A stretch of DNA of 57,798 nucleotides from IMG/VR virus record IMGVR_UViG_3300032893_000052, positions 1 to 57,798 of that record. One strand, 5' to 3'. The notes below the pieces were generated by a model. That model ran no database searches. It was not told the origin of the DNA and saw nothing but the letters and a program-made list of their open reading frames with translations. The position numbers and the translations under genes were made by a program. Positions within the stretch are counted from its first letter, which is position 1; each line of letters starts with the position of its first letter. This DNA is from a virus. Its lineage: Duplodnaviria; Caudoviricetes. This document shows, in pieces, positions 48,552 to 55,432 of the stretch.

Positions 48552-48613
48552 CGTCGAAAGGGAGTAGGCTCACAGGCCACATCCTCCCTTTACTGGAGCG
48601 ATGCTGTTCAACG

Positions 48614-48643
48614 ACGGTATGACGGCTGTATCTGAGCCGTCAA
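48614..48643 (-). promoter_or_regulatory. Sigma70-like promoter of the head operon, with an internal inverted repeat
   Basis: TTGACG-N18-TACCGT. The perfect inverted repeat TGACGGCT-N7-AGCCGTCA (48620..48642) covers the -35 and spacer. Confidence 0.65.
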
Positions 48644-48670
48644 GAATAATCTCAAGCTGAGAGTCGAAAA

Positions 48671-48916
48671 CTACTTGGCTAGGTACAGCGGCGGGCCAAG
48701 GTCGCGCGTCCATACCAATGGCAAGCGCACTTCAGAGTCACAGCTCTTACACACCGCGTACACCCCATCATGCTTCAACAGTATGATCTTGCTGCCGCGC
48801 ACTTTACCGCCGCCGTCTGACGTGCTTTTGATTATCACTTCAGAGCAGTGTGCACACGTCAAGACAGCCGATATACCGGCGTCACCACTTGTCTCGAGTG
48901 TGAGATGTACTGCCAC
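48671..48916 (-). CDS. Zn-ribbon protein (Com-like)
   Basis: LTCAHCSEVIIK...AVCKSC, i.e. two CxxC pairs. Confidence 0.65.
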   Translation of the reverse strand: MAVHLTLETSGDAGISAVLTCAHCSEVIIKSTSDGGGKVRGSKIILLKHDGVYAVCKSCDSEVRLPLVWTRDLGPPLYLAK

Positions 48917-49113
48917 TAATCATCCAAATGGTCATCGGTAAGGATTTCCTCACCGATGTGTGAATAGTCGGGATCCTCATCAGGATCATACTTGAACGCA
49001 CGCTGCGCCCACGCAATCGTGGCGTCTAGGTCAGTAGACGGAGGTAGCTCGTCAGGTGTTTCCTGACCTTGTGCAGGCACTTGTGGCGCTGGTGCGTCGT
49101 CTCTGTCCGGCAT
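48916..49113 (-). CDS. Small acidic protein (candidate antitoxin/inhibitor)
   Basis: 65 aa, Asp/Glu-rich, with an AAGGA RBS, directly after the zeta-like kinase. Function is inferred. Confidence 0.6.
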   Translation of the reverse strand: MPDRDDAPAPQVPAQGQETPDELPPSTDLDATIAWAQRAFKYDPDEDPDYSHIGEEILTDDHLDD

Positions 49114-49149
49114 AGGTAGTATTTATCCTTCCATACTATACAAGTCGGA

Positions 49150-50223
49150 TCACACGGATTGTCCACCAGAAAGATACCCCGAGTACCTCTCAGGTTCATG
49201 GATCGTCGGCTCTTCGCCGTATTTTCGAGAGTACAGCTTCCGTGGTTCCTCTCCCGGCGGTACGTTGTTGTCAAATGCTACAGCGTCATGCGTTAGTTGG
49301 GCTAACCTATCAAAATTGCCTGGAATTTTGCTGTAGGCGTCCTCGGCAAAGTCCAACGGAACCCAACGACCTGTGTTGAGTGCGCGCTCTGCGACGCGGC
49401 GTTTTCCTTCCTGAATGGGAAGATGTACGCCGACCAAGCGCACGTGGTAGCCCTTGGCCTTTAGATCCTCGACGCGCTTAGCCATCTTGTCATAGTCCGC
49501 ACCCACGCCGTCCAGCAAAACATTCTTGCGCTGAGCTAATGCTGTCTCGCGTATGTTTTTCGCTATGTCGGATGACTCTTCGTGAGTCATGCGTGCAGCA
49601 TTGAGCGCACGTCCCTTCACAGCCTCCTGATACTCAGGCAACTGAGCTTTGATTCCGTCTGGATCCACAGGAACAAAGTCGCTTATGTCCCAACCTTTGG
49701 TAGCGGATGACTTGCCCGAACCTGGGCCGCCCATCATCATGATCGCTACAGGTTTCTTGTCCGGCGGTACTGGTTTGGCTTGACTTAAGAAGTGGTCTGC
49801 GATCTGAGCGTGCAGCTGTGCGCGTTCTGGCGTGTATTGTCCGTTAGCTTGCTTGTACACACTCTGTGTGTCGGACGGAAGGTTATCGAGCTTGTCAACG
49901 AAACCCTGACTGACTAAGTGACTATACAAAGCACCGCTGTCTAGTGGCATATCCGGCGGAATCTTCATCCGCTTGGAATGCTTCTTAGACGGACCAGGCT
50001 CGGACGCAGGGTCATACGGTTTGGCTGTTGGGCTGGCGGCGGCGTTCTCTTCAGTTTGAGCTTCGCCTGGACTAACGTAGTAAGTTTCTTCAAACGTCTG
50101 ACCGTTACGCGTAACCTGACGCTTCATTGGCACGAGACTCTCAGAGCCACCGTGCTTACAGATCAGATCTAGAATCGGGTCTGACTGACCTTTCATTAGG
50201 TTAAATAGACGTTCAACTGACAT
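49150..50223 (-). CDS. Zeta-toxin-family P-loop kinase with N-terminal extension
   Basis: MMGGPGSGKS, VDPDGIK..LPEY, HEESS, NVLLDG, GYHV, R..ER...GRWVP, FDN. Confidence 0.9.
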   Translation of the reverse strand: MSVERLFNLMKGQSDPILDLICKHGGSESLVPMKRQVTRNGQTFEETYYVSPGEAQTEENAAASPTAKPYDPASEPGPSKKHSKRMKIPPDMPLDSGALYSHLVSQGFVDKLDNLPSDTQSVYKQANGQYTPERAQLHAQIADHFLSQAKPVPPDKKPVAIMMMGGPGSGKSSATKGWDISDFVPVDPDGIKAQLPEYQEAVKGRALNAARMTHEESSDIAKNIRETALAQRKNVLLDGVGADYDKMAKRVEDLKAKGYHVRLVGVHLPIQEGKRRVAERALNTGRWVPLDFAEDAYSKIPGNFDRLAQLTHDAVAFDNNVPPGEEPRKLYSRKYGEEPTIHEPERYSGYLSGGQSV

Positions 50224-51020
50224 TACAAGCCTCCGATAGCCAACCTCACCACTGCTGGCAGTTCAGGCTTCTTGCCAACGGCTGCATTGTCGTCTAATGC
50301 TGCGTAGTAATCAGATAACTGCACTACGTACGAATCGATGGTGTCACGGTTTCTACGTAGCAGTTCTTTCTGTGCCAACGTACGTGGCTTGTATACGTCG
50401 TGTCTCCAGTTAGCCAGTTTCAACTGGTTGTTGGTGAGGATTTGTACTTCCTTCACCAATCCGTCTGTATCCTTGATTGCTAGATGATAGGCGCGATAGC
50501 CAGCACGCGGCGTTTCGATATAGTCGTCGTCAGACAGTACTTGGTAACGTGCCTTCACACGCTCAGCTGTACGCATAACCTCCTCGGTAGTGTCTACAAC
50601 CAACCGTACACCTGTCAAATCCTGTAGGTCTGCAGCTGATTTGTAATGTGGCTTATCATGAAGCTTCGCCACAATACTCTCAAGTGTCTTGACACGGCCT
50701 TCTACACGCGTACCTGGCAACGACAGTTTCCGCATGTCTGCGATGAAACGTCCATAGTTAGCTCTATGCTTTGGTAGCTCGTCACTAGCAATCGCAACGT
50801 GCTCTTCGAATGATCGTCCACCTGGCATTTTGCCAGCATACTGATCACGCAGCGACTGAAGCCTGGGCGTAGTATCAACGATGTCAGTGCCGCGTGAGTC
50901 TAGCGCAGCCTCCACAGTCTTCACAACGACACTGCTTTTGGGCGAGTACCCTCGGCTTTCATCATACCAACGTCCGTAGGAATCTCTGCGTAATCGTGAA
51001 GCGAAATACCGTGTATCCAC
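50223..51020 (-). CDS. RelA/SpoT-family small alarmone synthetase
   Basis: GRVKTLESIVAK, DLTGVR, DDYI..P..GYRAYH, EVQILT; no hydrolase domain. Confidence 0.9.
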   Translation of the reverse strand: MDTRYFASRLRRDSYGRWYDESRGYSPKSSVVVKTVEAALDSRGTDIVDTTPRLQSLRDQYAGKMPGGRSFEEHVAIASDELPKHRANYGRFIADMRKLSLPGTRVEGRVKTLESIVAKLHDKPHYKSAADLQDLTGVRLVVDTTEEVMRTAERVKARYQVLSDDDYIETPRAGYRAYHLAIKDTDGLVKEVQILTNNQLKLANWRHDVYKPRTLAQKELLRRNRDTIDSYVVQLSDYYAALDDNAAVGKKPELPAVVRLAIGGL

Positions 51021-53866
51021 TGACTAAACTCTGCTTCATCAGCGGTTCTGTCAGTCAGATCGATTGTTACGTATGGGACTGGGATAGTAGGTGCAGGAAG
51101 TTCAGCAGCGCCTGCACTGCCTATTACACCACGTGCTTTCGCGTTCTGTTGCAGTACCTGCACAACGACAGGGTCAACCAGCACTTCCTGTACTAGTTGC
51201 AGAACACGCAACGGATCGGGTTCGGTGGAAAAATCGTGTCCCCACTCCAATGCTACAGTCATAAGCGCTTGATTGACTGCTTGGTCCCAGGACGCGTGAT
51301 AGTAGCTGAGAAGACGTTCTACCTCACGCGCAAACGTACCGCTAGCATGGTAGGTCTGAAGACCGAGCAAAGACACTCCCTGCATGTCCAACACACGAGA
51401 CAGGTAGTGCGGTCCCATCATCCGACGTACATTCGGATCAATCTTCTCCCGTCCTTGAGAAGCGACAGAGAACAGAGGCATGCTAGAAGGTGTGGTGTTC
51501 TTCATCACCACAAACGCAGTCAGCATCTTAGCGTCCACGTACACCTTACGTGAGCCAAGAGACACGAGCGATCCATCGATCACTACCTGGTCTGGTGTCA
51601 AAGCCGCCAGCTCAACTGCACGCACCTTGCCCTGATCGAGCAAAGCCAGTGCAACTGCAGTCATCTGGTCTTTGAGCTTGTCGGACTTGTTGAACAAATC
51701 GCTGTAATACGTACGCAGACCAGGAAGCCTGGAATCAACCAAAGCGTTCTGTTGGTTGATCGCCAGCTTAGGCAGTTGCCTTATGTCGGCATGTACGTAC
51801 GTGAACCTAAACTCACCTGTGTTTGGATCACGCCAACGACCAACCCACAAGTTCTTTGGGTCGTAGCGATTGTACTTTGAATTCCACTCAACCTGTGACG
51901 GATCGCAGTCTGGACAGCGTGTAAGCTTACGTCCGTCTGGCGTGAAATACTCCGGATTCTTATCATACAACGGTTCTGACTGGTGGAGCTTGGCATCTCC
52001 GTAGAAGTCAGCGCGATCTGGATCTCCTGTAGGCGCGTTGGTATATCGCAGGAGATTTCCTGACTGGTCTTTGTAGTAGAACCGTGGATTGTCGTCATCC
52101 CCCTCACGATGATCATACTCGTGTGTAGGATCAACGTTCTTGTCCCTTGTGAGAAACTGCAGTGCTTTGCGAAGCACACTTTGTTGCTCCGCTAGCGTAA
52201 TAATCCAGTGAGTCTCCCAGGACTTCACTAAGCCGAGATCCTTGCCCATGCCAGCGTCGGATAGCTTCTCCAAAAGCTGTGACACCATGTCAGCACGGTC
52301 ATGTTCCGGAGCTGTACGAATCGCGCGCATAGCTGTCTTGGCTTGCGCAATGATGGCAGCTTTCTCGGGTTTGGTCTGTTCCCAGCGCATCAGCACTTGT
52401 GTGAGACGAGGAAGCACGACCTTCGGATCTAGGTGCTGCTGAGACTCGGCTCGCTCTTCAGGAGTTTGGAGGTGTGCACTCTGTTCTCTCTCTTCTTCCG
52501 TAGCACCTCTCCGTGAAATCTGATCTACACCTTCATCATCATCGCTACTTCCGCTGATACGACTCTGCTTGTCTGTAGCTGCACGTTGTGCGTCTAGAAA
52601 GTAGTTGTTGATCTTGCCGTTCTTACCTGCAAGGTAGCCTGTGAAGTTTACACCAGCCTTGTTTGGATCGAAATTGTCAAGCGCAGACTCTATCGCTTTG
52701 TAGCCAACAGAGTCAGGCATCAGGAACACGTGGTCTGGTGTAGTGCCACGTGAATCAGGCAAGTCTTGCCCAATCCACTCACTCATCACCTCGCGCTTGT
52801 TGCCTTCAAAGAACGGCGTATTGGTCATACGGTCGGCTGCTTGAACCAGCTTCGGCCAATACTGTTTCGCTGCGTGCTGAACTAGTGCTGTCTTCTGTTG
52901 TGGTGTTACATCCAGCTCACGATCACGTGTAGCGTAGTTGTACTTCCACTTCATGGACGAGTGACTAAGCACATCGTCCATAGGTGGGAGCTTGTTGAAG
53001 TCAAGCGGAGGTTTCGTCTCCGTCTTTTCAGGCTCTGGTTTTGGTTTCGGCGTATCCGAACCTTCCGAAGGAACTACGGCAAGCTTTCCACGTGTTGGCG
53101 TACGTCCTAAGGTTTCTTCAATCGCGCCGTACTCATCGTCTAGCAGCTTCTTTGCGTGCGCTAGCGACACTGCGCGGGACACGCCGCCGTCCTTCTTTTG
53201 TAGTTCCTCCGGAAACGACGGGTGATAAACTACCTTGTATTGACGCTCAGGATCTGTTGACCAATCAATCTTGTTGTCTTTGGTGTTGACTTTACCAATT
53301 ACAGGAATGATGTTGAACCACGGACGTCCTTCGGGATCATTGATCGTCTGTGTGTTGGACGTCTGTAGAAACCAGTGCTCATACGCAGCATAGCTGGAAA
53401 AACTCTTCTTGCTCGCACCTTCTCCGTTCTTGCTAAACAGTGACTCAGATGCGTTGTCGTTACGCCGTAGCGTAAGCTTACCGTCACCTTCAGACACCAG
53501 GGTACAATCGGCACCCATGCGGGAGTGACGTACTGGAATAGCAGTACCAGGCTGACTTAGCGCTGTGATGCACGCCTGTCTGTATGCCTTCTCTGGCTCA
53601 ACACCTTCTGTAGCGCCCGCTACCTCTACAGTGTGAGATTTTGGAACGACCTGGAATGCTGCGCGCTCTGTCGTCTCGCCTGTACGAGGGTTTGTGATCT
53701 CTACCTTGTACGGCTTCTCATATATCTCAGGCACAGCACCAGCACCGTGTGCTTCTGCCTTCTCGCCAGTATAATCATACTGCCATTTGCCATTATCCCA
53801 CCAACGCCGGACATATTTGTGCCCCGGGCGTTCGGTGGAACCTTGTGGCGCGCCGCTGTCATTCAT
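50921..53866 (-). CDS. Multidomain protein: sigma70 region-2-like segment plus degenerate topoisomerase IB-like domain
   Basis: AIESALDNFDPNKAGVNFTGYL matches the sigma region 2.2-2.3 pattern. LPGLR...AVALALLDQGKVR...L.PDQV.I.G...LF...LQTYHAS...VALEWGH...LVDP matches the TopIB pattern. The ORF itself is certain; the domain calls are by eye. Confidence 0.65.
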   Translation of the reverse strand: MNDSGAPQGSTERPGHKYVRRWWDNGKWQYDYTGEKAEAHGAGAVPEIYEKPYKVEITNPRTGETTERAAFQVVPKSHTVEVAGATEGVEPEKAYRQACITALSQPGTAIPVRHSRMGADCTLVSEGDGKLTLRRNDNASESLFSKNGEGASKKSFSSYAAYEHWFLQTSNTQTINDPEGRPWFNIIPVIGKVNTKDNKIDWSTDPERQYKVVYHPSFPEELQKKDGGVSRAVSLAHAKKLLDDEYGAIEETLGRTPTRGKLAVVPSEGSDTPKPKPEPEKTETKPPLDFNKLPPMDDVLSHSSMKWKYNYATRDRELDVTPQQKTALVQHAAKQYWPKLVQAADRMTNTPFFEGNKREVMSEWIGQDLPDSRGTTPDHVFLMPDSVGYKAIESALDNFDPNKAGVNFTGYLAGKNGKINNYFLDAQRAATDKQSRISGSSDDDEGVDQISRRGATEEEREQSAHLQTPEERAESQQHLDPKVVLPRLTQVLMRWEQTKPEKAAIIAQAKTAMRAIRTAPEHDRADMVSQLLEKLSDAGMGKDLGLVKSWETHWIITLAEQQSVLRKALQFLTRDKNVDPTHEYDHREGDDDNPRFYYKDQSGNLLRYTNAPTGDPDRADFYGDAKLHQSEPLYDKNPEYFTPDGRKLTRCPDCDPSQVEWNSKYNRYDPKNLWVGRWRDPNTGEFRFTYVHADIRQLPKLAINQQNALVDSRLPGLRTYYSDLFNKSDKLKDQMTAVALALLDQGKVRAVELAALTPDQVVIDGSLVSLGSRKVYVDAKMLTAFVVMKNTTPSSMPLFSVASQGREKIDPNVRRMMGPHYLSRVLDMQGVSLLGLQTYHASGTFAREVERLLSYYHASWDQAVNQALMTVALEWGHDFSTEPDPLRVLQLVQEVLVDPVVVQVLQQNAKARGVIGSAGAAELPAPTIPVPYVTIDLTDRTADEAEFSQWIHGISLHDYAEIPTDVGMMKAEGTRPKAVSL

Positions 53867-53867
53867 C

Positions 53868-54221
53868 TCAGTCAGAGAGTACTACGTCTTCATTGGAAAT
53901 TTCGTACCGTCTCAACCCACCTTCTGACGTTTCGGTCAGAAGGCCTGCTCGAACCAGTTCATCAATGACTGGTCCGGTAAACCCGCGACGGAGGAGTTCC
54001 CCCCTTGTGGCTGGCCTCCGCTTGTGATCGGTGTGGTCCTTGATACGAGAGAGTAGTCCGTGGACCCAGATGGCGCCTTGACCGGCAAGCTTGGCGATGG
54101 CTGCAAGTTGGGCTGCTCTGGCGCGACTCCCAAGAGATCCTGTTGATCGAGCAAGAATCCTATGATCTCCTGCCGTGCCTGCTCTGGCGGTTGCCCCTGA
54201 AATGTGTATGCGTTGCCCCAT
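53868..54221 (-). CDS. Possible overlapping winged-HTH-like ORF (start uncertain)
   Basis: Stops 1 nt before the next ATG. TRGELLRRGFTGPVIDELVRAGLLTETSEGGLRRYEI looks like a helix-wing. Confidence 0.35.
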   Translation of the reverse strand: MGQRIHISGATARAGTAGDHRILARSTGSLGSRARAAQLAAIAKLAGQGAIWVHGLLSRIKDHTDHKRRPATRGELLRRGFTGPVIDELVRAGLLTETSEGGLRRYEISNEDVVLSD

Positions 54222-55018
54222 ATCTTACTCGCGATCTCCATCAACTGTGGGTCGGGCGCAGAACCAATACGTCCTAGCAGTTGTTGTACACCTTCAAGCG
54301 TCTCTACGTCGATGGGAGGTGGACCCATTCCCATCATGGGCATCATGCCAGGTATCATGCCGGGCATCACTGGCTGCATAGGCATTCCAGGAGCCTCGGT
54401 TCCTGGAACCGTTGGACCTATATCGTTGGGAAGTATTGCTTTGGAAGTGACGAACATCCGCTTGAACGCTTCGACAGTAGTCTCAGTCATACTGTCGAAG
54501 AAACGCGGATTGTCGTAGTGCATAAGATAGGCTGCTTTAGCTTCGCGTGGACTCTCAAAACCGAGCATGACCTTATCTTCATCATACGTCTTGAAGTCAG
54601 GCTTACGCACTTGGTGTACAATGAAAACCTTGTCTGACTTCTCGTTTGGACCAAGGAACACATCCACTTGGTCACCGTCAGCACCTTCTGTACGCCGAAT
54701 GTACCCATATGGATACGACATCTTCGTCTTGCCACTCTCTCTAGAGTGTGGGTCATACCAATCACGGTATTGTCCCTTGTCGTTCTCAATCGAGATGTCC
54801 AGTCCCTGGAAGTTCACACGACGAACGACCTTGCGTCCGCTGGACTTCTTCCAACTGACTGAACGGGTGGTGTCTACATCAAACACGTCAAAGTGACATG
54901 CCATCTCAAGCACGTCACTGGAGTGGTCGTGATCGTGCGCGGTAGTGGACTTCTTTACGGAACAAGCTCCGCTGTTACACGGCTTGCCTGTCGCGCATGA
55001 GTCACAACAAGCACCCAC
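53936..55018 (-). CDS. Protein with a polyvalent-protein-type inorganic pyrophosphatase (InPase) domain
   Basis: GLDISIENDKG...MSYPYGYIRRTEGADGDQVDVFLG...YDEDKVMLGF...AY; Cys/His-rich N-terminus and Pro/Met-rich linker. Confidence 0.85.
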   Translation of the reverse strand: MGACCDSCATGKPCNSGACSVKKSTTAHDHDHSSDVLEMACHFDVFDVDTTRSVSWKKSSGRKVVRRVNFQGLDISIENDKGQYRDWYDPHSRESGKTKMSYPYGYIRRTEGADGDQVDVFLGPNEKSDKVFIVHQVRKPDFKTYDEDKVMLGFESPREAKAAYLMHYDNPRFFDSMTETTVEAFKRMFVTSKAILPNDIGPTVPGTEAPGMPMQPVMPGMIPGMMPMMGMGPPPIDVETLEGVQQLLGRIGSAPDPQLMEIASKIWGNAYTFQGQPPEQARQEIIGFLLDQQDLLGVAPEQPNLQPSPSLPVKAPSGSTDYSLVSRTTPITSGGQPQGGNSSVAGLPDQSLMNWFEQAF

Positions 55019-55020
55019 AC

Positions 55021-55293
55021 TTACCCCTCATCTGTAAGAGACTTTAGCTTAAGACTGTGCTGCAATCGACTGTCAGCGTCTTTGCGAACTTCTTCAGCAA
55101 TGCGCTGAATGATCAATGGACCAACAGGCTGATCCGCTGCTTGAATAGCTTTTGCAAGTTCTTTCAGTGCACGCTGGTGTTCAATGCTGTCTGCAATCAG
55201 ATCACACACTACTGCAAACACACCCCTATTCTTAGGATGTGATAAACGATTCACCCCTGGTGACGTAACCTCGTCATCTTCAACAGCGCTCAT
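55021..55293 (-). CDS. Hypothetical protein
   Basis: 90-aa helical ORF packed in the operon. Confidence 0.7.
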   Translation of the reverse strand: MSAVEDDEVTSPGVNRLSHPKNRGVFAVVCDLIADSIEHQRALKELAKAIQAADQPVGPLIIQRIAEEVRKDADSRLQHSLKLKSLTDEG

Positions 55294-55298
55294 GAGTG

Positions 55299-55430
55299 TT
55301 ACTCGTCATCGTCGGAATCGTCGTCGTCTTCAGGGTCAAACCAAAACGGATCCGGGTGATACCACGCACCTGGCTCTTTGGCGGATTCGTCTCCCTCGTT
55401 GGGGAGTTGCTGTTGCGTATCTTCAGGCAC
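55299..55430 (-). CDS. Small acidic protein (43 aa, below the ORF-track cut-off)
   Basis: GTG start; MPEDTQQQLPNEGDESAKEPGAWYHPDPFWFDPEDDDDSDDDE; fills the intergenic gap almost exactly. Confidence 0.65.
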   Translation of the reverse strand: MPEDTQQQLPNEGDESAKEPGAWYHPDPFWFDPEDDDDSDDDE

Positions 55431-55432
55431 AG

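Noticed and set aside
51150-51900. Functional topoisomerase IB or tyrosine integrase
   Set aside because: The second catalytic Arg and the nucleophilic Tyr appear substituted; it is reported as a degenerate fold only.
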